From a virus, in IMG/VR virus record IMGVR_UViG_3300042518_001860, positions 32,717 to 96,716 of that record: a stretch of DNA of 64,000 nt; one strand, written 5' to 3'. The position numbers were made by a program, and so were the translations under genes. A model generated the notes under the pieces. That model saw only the letters and a list, made by a program, of their open reading frames with translations, had not been told where the DNA came from and ran no database searches. Position 1 is the first letter of the stretch. Every line of letters begins with the position of its first letter. Positions 47,253-56,855 of the stretch are shown here, in pieces.

Positions 47253-49664
47253 ATGCTGCACCTCAACGTGTTTGAGGTGCCTGGGGTTATCCGGAAGACT
47301 TTCAAGGTTCGTATCACTGACGACGCCTTCTACCAGAAGGCGGCAGAATTGGTGCGCCTTGTCTCTGGGAACGCCCGGGCGGAAGCCTTCCTGAAGCGCC
47401 AGTACGATGTTGCAGTAATCCTGGATCGTGAAGCCGCACGCACTGTTGCTCAAGCCCTCGAGACAGCCGAAGTCCAGAAGCCAACTGGCTTCGACTTCGA
47501 GACTGACGGTTGGTCTCCGGAGATGCACCGTGACTCACTCTCTGGTGAGCGTGTGTATGTCCGCAGTTTCCCTCCGACGCAGCCAGATGTTCCCCTAACG
47601 CCGATCTGCTTCCAGATCTTCCCGTTCTCTGGTCCAGTGCTGGTCATTGCGGGTGAGCATCTGGACTTGTTCGCGGTGTGGTTGCGGGATCATGCGCTGC
47701 TGGATGGAGCCAACTTAGGTTTCGAGCAGACAGTTGTTCTCCGGAACGGAGGGCGTCTACCTCGTGTCGAACGTGACACCATCGCGATGGACTACTTGGC
47801 GGAAGAGACCCTGCGCCAGGGGCAGCATGACCTGAAGCAGTGTGAGCGTGACTATCTCGGGGTGGAGCCATTGGAGTTCAAGGATGCCTGTGGGGATTCC
47901 ACGTTCAAGGCACGCTTCGAGGACACCTCAGTTGCGCAGTGGGATGTTGCGGTAGAGTACGCCTCCTTCGACGCATGGGGCAGCAGTTTTCTTGCTGATG
48001 TACTGCAATACCACCTGATGCAACGACCCTCGAGAGAGGGGTACGATTCTCTGTGGGATAACTATGTCCACAGTGAGCGCAGTGCGATGCAGGCGGTCAC
48101 CCACATTGATCAGGCGGGCATGCCTGCGCGGCCGGAGGCTATCCGAAGCCACAGCGAGGCGGTCTCGGCTGAGGTGGCTCGAGTGAGCCAAGAGGCGTTA
48201 CTCAGCGTCGGACGAAGCATCAACCTGAGCTCAAACAAAGAGCTCGCCCAGTTGTTCTATCAGGAACGAGGCTACCCAGTGACGACAGTCACTGACGGGT
48301 TTACTTGCATCCTGTGCAACAAGAGCGTCAACGCGCGCACGAATAACCTGTGCAAGGTGCATGGGGCTGGTGCGCTGGTCAACACGCCGAAGGTTGATGA
48401 AGAGGCACTCGAGGTCCTAGCCAAGAAAGGTGACAATGTCGCTGGCCTCATCATTGAGCGGCGAGGTCTCGAGAAGAAGCTGAACTCCTTCATCGAACCG
48501 CTCTTCCTCCGCAGTTCAGACCCCAAAGCTGAGCTCGGTCGTTACCCATGGGCGATGGATGCTCCCGGCAATCGAGTCTGGCATCCGGCCCTGCGGGCGA
48601 CTCACGTCGAGTCTGGTCGACTCAGCGCGCCATTGGCGCTCACCTTGCCAGTGGAATTCAAGGACGTCATCGGCTTCGATGAGGCGGCCGGGTGGTCAGT
48701 CATTGACTGTGACTACAGTCAGCTCGAGCTGCGCGTCATGGCGCATCTCTCGAGGGACCCGGTCCTCATCGACGCCTTTGCACGAGGCCTCGACATGCAC
48801 GCTCTCACGGGCGTCTTTATCGAAGGCTTCCTGACATCAGGGGAGCGGTTCCTGGCAGACAAAGGCGCACAGGATCGCCTCTATGCCGAGTTCATGCGAG
48901 CAAAGAAGTGGGAATCTGGCGAGCTCAAGGAGGAAGACCCACAGCTCCACCGAAGGTTCAAGTGGCTGCTCGAGCGACGAAAGCAGGGCAAGACCCTGAA
49001 CTTCGCGAAGATCTACGGTGCAGGCGACGATAAGCTGGCAATCAGCTTTGCGGTGCCCTTGGCAGAGGCCAAGAAGATCTCCGGCGCCGTCATGGCCTCG
49101 TACGCGGGTATGGCAGGATTCATCGAGCGTCGCATTCAGGAGCTCGAACAAGACCCGGTCATGGTGACACTGGGCGGTCGGAATCGGAAGATCTGGCAGG
49201 TCCAATCTCAAGATCCGCGAGAGCGGGCTGAAGGGGAACGCCTGGCCACGAACCAGTCTTGTCAGGCTGGCGCGCGGGACATCATCACCGGGGCGATGAT
49301 CCAGATCGACATGGACATTGAGGCAGGGGGAGGGTACGGTAGTTCAGGTCGCGGTTCGTATGGGTTTTGGAAGCAAGGCAGTTACGTCCCGGACTTTGAC
49401 CGACTGCCCAAGTCCTGGCGAGAGAAGTTCCCGAAAGCACTCGGGGCGAATTTCGGAGCCTTGGGGCGCATGGGCGCTCGTATCGTCAACCAAGTCCACG
49501 ACGAATTGGTCGCTGTGGCCCCCACGCCATACGCTGAGTTGGTTCGAGACCGAATGGTGGCGCTTATGGAAGAGCCGTGGGGAGAGGATCTTCCTCTTGA
49601 TGTTGTCCTGAAAGCTGAGGGGACAGTGGGCCTGACTTGGCGACAGTGTAAAGGGAAGGGTTGA
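47253..49664 (+). CDS. polA: Family A DNA polymerase with 3'-5' exonuclease domain
   Basis: Exo FDFETD, NLGFE, YASFD; motif A DYSQLELR; motif B R..GKTLNF..IYG; motif C VHDE. Confidence 0.95.
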   Translation: MLHLNVFEVPGVIRKTFKVRITDDAFYQKAAELVRLVSGNARAEAFLKRQYDVAVILDREAARTVAQALETAEVQKPTGFDFETDGWSPEMHRDSLSGERVYVRSFPPTQPDVPLTPICFQIFPFSGPVLVIAGEHLDLFAVWLRDHALLDGANLGFEQTVVLRNGGRLPRVERDTIAMDYLAEETLRQGQHDLKQCERDYLGVEPLEFKDACGDSTFKARFEDTSVAQWDVAVEYASFDAWGSSFLADVLQYHLMQRPSREGYDSLWDNYVHSERSAMQAVTHIDQAGMPARPEAIRSHSEAVSAEVARVSQEALLSVGRSINLSSNKELAQLFYQERGYPVTTVTDGFTCILCNKSVNARTNNLCKVHGAGALVNTPKVDEEALEVLAKKGDNVAGLIIERRGLEKKLNSFIEPLFLRSSDPKAELGRYPWAMDAPGNRVWHPALRATHVESGRLSAPLALTLPVEFKDVIGFDEAAGWSVIDCDYSQLELRVMAHLSRDPVLIDAFARGLDMHALTGVFIEGFLTSGERFLADKGAQDRLYAEFMRAKKWESGELKEEDPQLHRRFKWLLERRKQGKTLNFAKIYGAGDDKLAISFAVPLAEAKKISGAVMASYAGMAGFIERRIQELEQDPVMVTLGGRNRKIWQVQSQDPRERAEGERLATNQSCQAGARDIITGAMIQIDMDIEAGGGYGSSGRGSYGFWKQGSYVPDFDRLPKSWREKFPKALGANFGALGRMGARIVNQVHDELVAVAPTPYAELVRDRMVALMEEPWGEDLPLDVVLKAEGTVGLTWRQCKGKG

Positions 49665-50581
49665 TGCTGAGCGCGGATACCGAGGTGCTGTCGAAGGATG
49701 GGTGGGTTAAAGTTTCTGAGGTTACGGAGACCCGACCCATTCTCCAGGCTTGGCCTATCTCCGGCGGAACGGTCGAGCTGGAGTGGTCCAGGGCCTCGGT
49801 ATCCGCGCAGGCTGGGCTCTCTCAATTCGCACTTTGCGAGGCTGAGACTGTTACGTTTCGCGCAACCACCGACCACACAATGCTTGTTGTTGCACCAGAT
49901 GGGCGTTGGATCGAGGGCACCCTCTCCAGCCTACGCAACTTCCATCGGCTTCCTGCCGCAGGTCTTCTCAGGGCAGGTGATCACCTTGACGAGCGTGGGC
50001 GCCTTGTCTTGGCGGTTGCACTGGCGACACAAGCAGACGGTAGCTTCACGGAGGCCGGGGCTATTGACTTTGGGTTTCAGAAAGTCAGGAAGGTCGAAAG
50101 GCTCAAGAGTCTCCTGAAGCAGGCCAACATCTCCTTCCGATACACGCATCAGGAGGCGAAGGGTCGTCACAGATTCATCATCCCGCCCCCGCAGGCTATC
50201 AAGATCAAGGCCCTACTGACCAAGGACAAGCAGCTTCTCTGGAACCTCCTGCAACTTGCACCTCCAGAACGAGATGGGGTGCTCGAGGAGATTGTTCATT
50301 GGGACTCCTCTGTAGAGGATGGCGGGTTCCGTTTCTCGACTGCACACTTCCATAACGCGGAGATCGTTCTCGCGCTGGCGGCAATCGGCGGACGCAGGGC
50401 GCGACTATCTGCTGATCGCGAGTGGTGGAGGGTGCGGGTAACCACTGCTTCTGCCCATGACCTTCAGAAGGTCAAGGTCACTCTCTCAGAGGCCGAAGGC
50501 CAAGTTTTCAAGATCCTGAATAGCTCGGGGTACATCCTGGCTCGCCAAGGCGGGACCACCCTGATCACGCGAGGTTGGTGA
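49664..50581 (+). CDS. Free-standing intein-derived HINT/LAGLIDADG protein lacking splicing residues
   Basis: Block A MLSADTEVLSKDGW (Met where Cys1 is expected); block B TTDH; ATQADG and EIVHWD endonuclease blocks; ends LITRGW* with no terminal Asn and no extein. Confidence 0.8.
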   Translation: MLSADTEVLSKDGWVKVSEVTETRPILQAWPISGGTVELEWSRASVSAQAGLSQFALCEAETVTFRATTDHTMLVVAPDGRWIEGTLSSLRNFHRLPAAGLLRAGDHLDERGRLVLAVALATQADGSFTEAGAIDFGFQKVRKVERLKSLLKQANISFRYTHQEAKGRHRFIIPPPQAIKIKALLTKDKQLLWNLLQLAPPERDGVLEEIVHWDSSVEDGGFRFSTAHFHNAEIVLALAAIGGRRARLSADREWWRVRVTTASAHDLQKVKVTLSEAEGQVFKILNSSGYILARQGGTTLITRGW

Positions 50582-52095
50582 TGGCACGCAAGAAGGTTGA
50601 GACACAGCAGGCCGGTGAAGAACTCAACGCTCGGGATGAAGACCTCATCCGGGAGATCATTGGCCGGATCGACCTCAATCTCCCCGAGGCCGCGCGTGCG
50701 CTAGACGAGTTGCACGCTCGAGGCGCGGCGACTTTCGAATATGAGATGTTGGCCGAGGAGTATCCGTTCGGCTTTGCTGACGGATTCCGCCCCGTCTCAA
50801 GCACGAAGCATCTCCAGGTTGTGGCTATGCTTCGGCAGTCCATGTCGAGCTCGAAGGCTGAGCTTGTGATTAGGACGGGGCGAGAGGTGGAAGCCTACCG
50901 TTCCTCTCGCATCCCAACCGGCAACGCGAACCTCGATAATGTTCTCGGCGGCGGGGTGAAGCGAGGGGTGGTTACGCAGTTCAAGGGTGGACCCTCCCAC
51001 GGGAAGAGCTTCGCCTGCCTCCAGGTTGCTGCTGAGGTACTCCGACGTGGTGGGCATGTCCTCTGGTTGGCCCTGGAGCCTTTCGATACGGATTGGGCCC
51101 GCAAGTGCGGCGTACCTATCCACTACGCTTCACCAGAGCCCGGCTCGGATGAGGAGAGGTACAATCAAACCCACCCACGGGGCCTCCACTTCGACCTCAT
51201 TGTAGGCGAGGCAGGGAACGCGGTACTGCAGACGGTCTGCAACGCGGTGAAGCTCAACGCCTGGGACTTGATCGTCATTGACTCCATCGCCACGGCGATC
51301 TCCCGGGTCCACCTCGAGGGTAAAGAAGTTGGTGACTCTTTGCCTGGTGGTGAAGCCTTCATGATCAACCAGTTCATGTCTCGCCTGCAGACCGCCTTCA
51401 ACTCTGTAGAAGCGAACGTTGGGCGGGTCTTGAACAAGAGCTTCCTTTGCACCACTTGTGGTGAAACCTTCAACAAGAAGAATGAGCATGAGAAGTGCCC
51501 GCCCCTTGAGAAGGGGAAGCCCAAGTTCGAGGAGAACCAGGAGGTGGGAGACCCACCGCGCGCAGGGGTGATCCTCGTGAATCAGCTCCGGGCTCAGGGT
51601 ATCGGGGCCTCTATGCCTGTTGCCCCTGATGCGAATGGTGGCATGGGACTGCAACACGGAAAGAGCGTTGATGTCCTCTTCTCTGGCGCGGTCCAGCTCA
51701 AGACCACCGTTGATGGGGATGAGGTGGTTTTTGGGGTCGTCTCCACGATCAAGACCACCAAGAACAAAACAGCAACGCCCCACCTCGAGGGCGTTTTCGA
51801 GATCTGGGTGCGGGACGTTGAGGGTGTGGCTATCGCCGGCCAGTGCAACCTGATGACTGACCTGGTCGGACGTACGGTATCCTTCGGGAAGGACAACAAG
51901 AAGGTCTTCCCGGGTCTCGCCCTCAAGCTGGGGATTATTGAGCAGCGGGGCGCGTGGTACTACATTGGGGAGGGGGAAGACAAGCGGGGCTTCCAAGGGC
52001 TCGACGCTCTGCAGGGCTTCCTCGCCGAGAACCCTGCGGTTGTTCGTGCGCTTCGCTCAGAGATGTCCAAACGTCTCCGGCTTGGTGTAGCATGA
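50581..52095 (+). CDS. recA: RecA/UvsX-like recombinase
   Basis: IPTG..LD.VLGGG; GGPSHGKS; LE; IVIDS; LVNQLR; GG..L; KNK; GIIEQRGAWY. Confidence 0.9.
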   Translation: MARKKVETQQAGEELNARDEDLIREIIGRIDLNLPEAARALDELHARGAATFEYEMLAEEYPFGFADGFRPVSSTKHLQVVAMLRQSMSSSKAELVIRTGREVEAYRSSRIPTGNANLDNVLGGGVKRGVVTQFKGGPSHGKSFACLQVAAEVLRRGGHVLWLALEPFDTDWARKCGVPIHYASPEPGSDEERYNQTHPRGLHFDLIVGEAGNAVLQTVCNAVKLNAWDLIVIDSIATAISRVHLEGKEVGDSLPGGEAFMINQFMSRLQTAFNSVEANVGRVLNKSFLCTTCGETFNKKNEHEKCPPLEKGKPKFEENQEVGDPPRAGVILVNQLRAQGIGASMPVAPDANGGMGLQHGKSVDVLFSGAVQLKTTVDGDEVVFGVVSTIKTTKNKTATPHLEGVFEIWVRDVEGVAIAGQCNLMTDLVGRTVSFGKDNKKVFPGLALKLGIIEQRGAWYYIGEGEDKRGFQGLDALQGFLAENPAVVRALRSEMSKRLRLGVA

Positions 52096-52547
52096 TTTGG
52101 GTGGCCTGTGTCCAGTGCAAACAGAAGAAGTTTGTAGGAGCACTTGATATCGACCCGGAGGAATTCCTCTGCAGTCGTGACTGCTCCAAGCTCTGGGATA
52201 AGGCCCACCCCCCGCTCGGGCCCAAGGTTGGGTTCGGGACCAGGTCGATGACGGCAAAAAGCAAGCGCGAGAGTAAGAAACTCGACTCCCTGATTGGTGG
52301 TAAGGTTGTACCAGGTTCCGGTGCGGTTCCCGGTCTTGATGGGGACCGAATCACCGGGCTTACCATGATTGAGGAGAAAGTCACTGACGCCTCCAGCTTC
52401 CGACTCACGCGGCAGATGTGGGAGAAGCTCATTGGCGAGGCGGCCAAGAATGGGAAGCACTCGGCTCTCGTTCTCCGGCTAGGCCCACACCGCATCGTCA
52501 TGTTGCCCCTTGCTGAAGCGCTAGAGCGATTGGAGGAGGGGCTGTGA
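52092..52547 (+). CDS. PD-(D/E)XK nuclease (resolvase-like) with N-terminal zinc finger
   Basis: CVQC..CSRDC; RE..PGSGA..GD..IEEK. Confidence 0.7.
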   Translation: MIWVACVQCKQKKFVGALDIDPEEFLCSRDCSKLWDKAHPPLGPKVGFGTRSMTAKSKRESKKLDSLIGGKVVPGSGAVPGLDGDRITGLTMIEEKVTDASSFRLTRQMWEKLIGEAAKNGKHSALVLRLGPHRIVMLPLAEALERLEEGL

Positions 52548-52617
52548 TGCGGTTCCCCCTTGCTTCTTTCCAGAAATGTTGCATGATGGGGTTCCAACCA
52601 AACGGAAAGGCGTCTTG

Positions 52618-53433
52618 ATGAAACTGCTGAAGTGGGTCGGCTCCAAAGAATTCGTAGCTGACCAAATCCTTAGCCTGCTGCCCTCAAAGTGTCGGGCCTT
52701 TCATGAGCGCATGTGCGGTTCGGCTGTGGTTGGCATGAAGATGCGAGCAGCAGGTCGGGCTCAAGGCCTGTACCTGAGCGACACCAATGAGGAGCTTATT
52801 AACGTCTTCCGGCAGGTTCAGAAGCATCCGCTGATGGTGCAAGCCTATCTCCGGGTCCTGGCCCTGGAGTACAACAGGGTTCAAGAGCCGAAGGACGTGT
52901 ACGCTGCCTGGGTCCATGAGCGCAATTTGATCCGGGAGTTCGTGACTTCGCGGGACGCTGCAAGGACCATCGCAATCAATCGAACGTGTTTCAACGGACT
53001 CTATCGGACCAACCAGAAGGGTGGCTTCAACGCCCCATGGGGTAAGCGACCGAAGTTGGAACTGCGCGCCCTCGGAGACGCGATTGCTGAGGCTTCCCTC
53101 CGGCTTCAAGGGGCTATCATCTCCGTCGAGCCTGTGCTGGACAGCCTGAAGTTTGCGCCGGACGATGTCGTTTTTCTCGACCCTCCTTACGACGGGACCT
53201 TCGCTTCGTATGGCCCTACCAAATGGGGCGACGAGGAGCTCCAGCAGATTGCGGCGTACGCCCGTAAGGTTTCGAGGCTATGCCCCGTCTTCGTTTGCAA
53301 CAGCGACACCACAAAGGTTCGCGCTGCATTCGAGGGTTCTACTTTCCACGAGATCAGTGGTCGCAGCATCGTCTCGCAGAAGACACGTTCGCGGGGGCCC
53401 AGGAAAGAGCTCCTCATTGAGGTGAAGCCTTGA
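52618..53433 (+). CDS. dam: Dam-family N6-adenine DNA methyltransferase
   Basis: LKWVGSK; SDTNEELIN; NRTCFNGLYR.N.KG.FN.P.G; FLDPPY; ELLI. Confidence 0.92.
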   Translation: MKLLKWVGSKEFVADQILSLLPSKCRAFHERMCGSAVVGMKMRAAGRAQGLYLSDTNEELINVFRQVQKHPLMVQAYLRVLALEYNRVQEPKDVYAAWVHERNLIREFVTSRDAARTIAINRTCFNGLYRTNQKGGFNAPWGKRPKLELRALGDAIAEASLRLQGAIISVEPVLDSLKFAPDDVVFLDPPYDGTFASYGPTKWGDEELQQIAAYARKVSRLCPVFVCNSDTTKVRAAFEGSTFHEISGRSIVSQKTRSRGPRKELLIEVKP

Positions 53434-54266
53434 AGATCTTCCGTTCCCCCACCCCAGCTACTCCCCCCGATTTCGACGTCGTCCACCTCATTCACATGGC
53501 CATGGACCTCTCGGCCGCGCGCGGAGTTTCGCCCGTTCGTTTTATGTCCATGGGTGGAGACGTGAAGCGGCGACGGACAGGGATGCGGTGGTCCCCCTCC
53601 GCATTGCGTGGGTGTCCCCGCAAGTCAATCTACAAGGCGGTAGGGGTGAGGCCCTATCCCGGGTTCAAGGTCTCCGTAAAAGACCAGATGGTCTTTGACC
53701 GGGGTACCGTGATTGGCGGGTGGGTTGCTGCCTACTTCCGCGCTCTCGAGGCAGAAGGGGCCATCTCGGATGTCGAGTGCCAGTGCGTAGATCGGGAGGA
53801 GGTACTTGTCACTGACGAAAGCCTGAACTATGGTGGGTTCATCGACATCCTGTTCACCTATGAAGGTCGGCGATACATCGTCGAGGTGAAATCCAAGGAC
53901 AATGATGATGCGCTTGGAAAAATTTCCAAGCCATCGGAGGACCACCTCGGGCAGCTCAACGACTACATGGCGTTGAAGTCCGTGTACCAAGGTTGGGTGC
54001 TGTATGCTGGCCTGATTGAAGCTGGGGGGCGGCAAAGTCTGGACTTCCGCTCGTTCCCGCACGCATTCGATGCTCAGCGGTGGGAGAACTCCAAGAATCG
54101 CATTTCCTCCCTCGAGCTGCTCTACGCACAACCCAACCGGATGCCACCCGGCACATCGAACAAATATTTTGAGTGTCCTACCTGCCCTTACAGGCTTCAG
54201 TGCGACGCTCTTCAAAGCCCCGCAAAGGCAAAGGAACTTCAGGATGGATCGAGTCCTGAGAGCTGA
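53430..54266 (+). CDS. Cas4-like PD-(D/E)XK exonuclease
   Basis: SPS..CPRK; G.ID..IVEVKS; Q...Y; C..CPY...C. Confidence 0.85.
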   Translation: MKIFRSPTPATPPDFDVVHLIHMAMDLSAARGVSPVRFMSMGGDVKRRRTGMRWSPSALRGCPRKSIYKAVGVRPYPGFKVSVKDQMVFDRGTVIGGWVAAYFRALEAEGAISDVECQCVDREEVLVTDESLNYGGFIDILFTYEGRRYIVEVKSKDNDDALGKISKPSEDHLGQLNDYMALKSVYQGWVLYAGLIEAGGRQSLDFRSFPHAFDAQRWENSKNRISSLELLYAQPNRMPPGTSNKYFECPTCPYRLQCDALQSPAKAKELQDGSSPES

Positions 54267-54729
54267 CGCAAATATCTGGGTTGAGGGTCATGACGCTATT
54301 GCGGCTGCACTGGAGTTGACGCTGCGCTACAGGGTGGCAGACGCCATCGTCAACCACTCGCTGCACCTGGAGCAGCCCGGCTTGGGCACTTCGGAGAAGA
54401 GGCTCAGGTTGCCCATGGTGGTAGTCGCGGTTGGTCAGCGCGCGAAGTTCAACTCCTCGCTCATTACTGTTGCAGGGTGTGCTCAACCTGTGGTACGGTT
54501 GTCAGGTCTGGTTACGACGGCTGCGGTTCCAGCGGTGGAAGGTTTCCTTCTGCGAGAGCGCGGCAATCGAGATGCCAGAAACTGGCTCTTCGTGGCTGGT
54601 ATTGATCCACTTCAAGTCTCCGCTCTCGGCCTGTTCTACGACCCTGTAGTTGAGCAGGCAGGATTCATTTCAGTTCCCAAGGAGGATGCCAGGAATCTCC
54701 GGAAGGGGATTCTTGGCTTCGAAGCATGA
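54244..54729 (+). CDS. Hypothetical protein
   Basis: ATG54244; ATGA coupled to the next gene. Confidence 0.55.
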   Translation: MDRVLRADANIWVEGHDAIAAALELTLRYRVADAIVNHSLHLEQPGLGTSEKRLRLPMVVVAVGQRAKFNSSLITVAGCAQPVVRLSGLVTTAAVPAVEGFLLRERGNRDARNWLFVAGIDPLQVSALGLFYDPVVEQAGFISVPKEDARNLRKGILGFEA

Positions 54730-55220
54730 AGATCGTCTCTACCCCCACCGCGCCTACCACTCTCCCGGAAGAGGGACGGTCTGCCTTTGATCCACCTGAG
54801 GATCTGGAGAACGCCGTAATGGCGTTCATCTTAGAGACAATGAAGTTCTCTCCGAGTGCCCCTTCTGACCCGCCACCCTCCCTGGCTGAAGCTCCAGATT
54901 CCCTGGACCGTGCTGCAGCCACGGAATACATCACGCGCACTACTCGGTGGAAGGAATTCTACCAACCTCAGATTGGACAGCGTGAGGCTGTGGCACGACT
55001 GCTGACTGCAGGTGTGCGCCACATGCGCGGGTATGTGGCGTATGTCCATAAGGGCAAGGTGGAGAAGCTCTCAGAAGCCCAGTTCATGAAGTTGCAGGAG
55101 TACGAGTATCGGCTTGGCGCCTTAGAGGCTGAGATCAAGGTGCTCGAGTCTTTGTCTTCCCAGCAGCAGCAAGTCTACGCGGCTGCGTCCAGAAACCTGA
55201 CCGGCGCGATTGTCCGGTAG
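54726..55220 (+). CDS. Hypothetical helical protein (possibly UvsY-like)
   Basis: C-terminal coiled coil; located in the recombination cluster. Confidence 0.55.
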   Translation: MKIVSTPTAPTTLPEEGRSAFDPPEDLENAVMAFILETMKFSPSAPSDPPPSLAEAPDSLDRAAATEYITRTTRWKEFYQPQIGQREAVARLLTAGVRHMRGYVAYVHKGKVEKLSEAQFMKLQEYEYRLGALEAEIKVLESLSSQQQQVYAAASRNLTGAIVR

Positions 55221-56493
55221 AGAGGTGTTCATCGTGATCAGTGAGACCATGTTCTCGATCCTTTGTGAAGAGCTTGGCGGCGCGCTCTTGCGCGTGGCTG
55301 AACGCAGCAGGGCGACCTCGCCTGCACCGAGCCTCAGCCCGTACTCAGCACCTGTCAAAGAGGTCCTGCAGAAACCCATTGTCGAAGAGCCCCTGCAGCC
55401 CCGAGAAGAAGAGAAGGCTACCCCTGTCGTGGCTGAGGTTGCGCAGGCCTCGAAGCCCATCGAGGTGACTGTCCGCCAGCCCTCTGAGGCTGAGGTAGTA
55501 GACCCCAACTACCCTCGAGCTGATCTGATCGTGTGGTTGGCCACTCGCGGGTTCGAAACGAGCGCCATCTCTGGGCTGCCGCGCACTGATATCGAGAAGC
55601 TCTGCATCGGCCAACTCAAGGCCATCAATGAGGTGGCCCCTGGCGTTGCCCGCAGGGGTCGTCCGCCGGGCGCGAAGAACAAGACCAAGGCAACTGCTGC
55701 GGTCGCTCCCGCTGCTCCTGAAGGTCCGTCTCTCATGGAAGAGCTCGAGAAGCTCAGCAGCGCCACGCTTGATGCGCTGGCCATGAACTTCCAGACGAGT
55801 GGGTCCCCCGATCAGATTCGAGCCTACTTGGTGGAAGTCTTTGACAACGATGTGGAGTCCCTCTCGACTGCGCTGGAGCACCTTGGTTCCATCGACGAGG
55901 CGCCTGTTAGCGCAGTCGTCGAAGCTCCCCAGGCGCCGGTGGTGGATATGCGAGCCTCCGAAGAAGAGTCCCCTCCGTTTGACACTGTGACCCCCATCGC
56001 GCCCCTGGAGGTCAAGGATGTCCAACAGGAAGATCTCGTCGAGATCCGTACTGGCGGAGATCTGATTCGAGCGGTTTCGAAGATCCACGGGTATGAGGGG
56101 ACGCTGTACAACTTCATCACCAGCGCCCCCCTGGCAGAAGCGGCGGCGGCAGTTGAGTCTGCGTACTCCTCCTTCGGGGCGGTCCCCGGTGAAGGTGGGG
56201 AGCCCGTCCGAGCCTACTTCAAGAAGCTCGGTTGTGAGGGGAAGTGCCTCCAGTGTCCTCGAGGCGGTGGCCAGCTCGCCATTTGCGCAAGCCTGATGGA
56301 CACGCAGCTTGCTCACCCGGTGACCCTGCAGAAGTACATGCGGGGCGAGACGGTGACGGAGAATGACCCCGAAGGGGAGAGCCCGCTGATCAGCAAGGTG
56401 CTGGCTGGAGAGCTCTTCGTGGCGGTGAAGGCTACTGGTTTGGCCATCGACGATGACACTGCAGGGGTCGCGGTCTTTGAAGTCGTCGAGTGA
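55210..56493 (+). CDS. Hypothetical acidic multidomain protein with AT-hook
   Basis: RRGRPPG; Cys cluster CEGKCLQC..C. Confidence 0.65.
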   Translation: MSGREVFIVISETMFSILCEELGGALLRVAERSRATSPAPSLSPYSAPVKEVLQKPIVEEPLQPREEEKATPVVAEVAQASKPIEVTVRQPSEAEVVDPNYPRADLIVWLATRGFETSAISGLPRTDIEKLCIGQLKAINEVAPGVARRGRPPGAKNKTKATAAVAPAAPEGPSLMEELEKLSSATLDALAMNFQTSGSPDQIRAYLVEVFDNDVESLSTALEHLGSIDEAPVSAVVEAPQAPVVDMRASEEESPPFDTVTPIAPLEVKDVQQEDLVEIRTGGDLIRAVSKIHGYEGTLYNFITSAPLAEAAAAVESAYSSFGAVPGEGGEPVRAYFKKLGCEGKCLQCPRGGGQLAICASLMDTQLAHPVTLQKYMRGETVTENDPEGESPLISKVLAGELFVAVKATGLAIDDDTAGVAVFEVVE

Positions 56494-56535
56494 GAGACTT
56501 AGGCGACACTCTATCATCCCCAACCCGAACGCGGA

Positions 56536-56787
56536 GTGAGTGTGGTGGACATCCCGAGCGCGAGCGATTCGAGGGCGCATGCCCAAAGCCTGGAGAACGA
56601 GAAGAACGCGAAGGAATTGGCCGCGGCCGTATCGGCGATCAAGTTGGCGGTGCAGGACCGGAAATTGTCGGTCTCGGTCGCGACCATGTCGCCGACGGTA
56701 CGTTCCGCACTCGAGGCGAAGGGATACAAGATCCGAGACTGCCGCGACCCGCGGCCGGGGGAGTCTTGCAGTGTCATCGAGTGGTGA
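56536..56787 (+). CDS. Small hypothetical protein (moron-like)
   Basis: 83 aa ending LEAKGYKI..VIEW; G-ending codon bias differs from its neighbours. Confidence 0.55.
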   Translation: MSVVDIPSASDSRAHAQSLENEKNAKELAAAVSAIKLAVQDRKLSVSVATMSPTVRSALEAKGYKIRDCRDPRPGESCSVIEW

Positions 56788-56855
56788 CGGGCCGCCCGGC
56801 CCGGAGCGCCCACGGGGCGTTGCGGGGCGCGCGGTGCGCCAAGAGGAGGTAGATC

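Noticed and set aside
47253-52095. PolA-intein-RecA as one spliced polyprotein
   Set aside because: The three ORFs are in different frames with TGATG overlaps, PolA and RecA are each complete, and the splicing residues are absent.
45894-52590. Shared TTGCTTCT..ATGxTGCA motif upstream of the SSB and dam genes
   Set aside because: Only two instances with different spacing; may be ordinary promoter-like sequence.
53430-54266. Cas4 as evidence of a CRISPR-Cas system
   Set aside because: Solo Cas4-like nucleases are common in phage recombination clusters; no other cas genes or arrays were seen.
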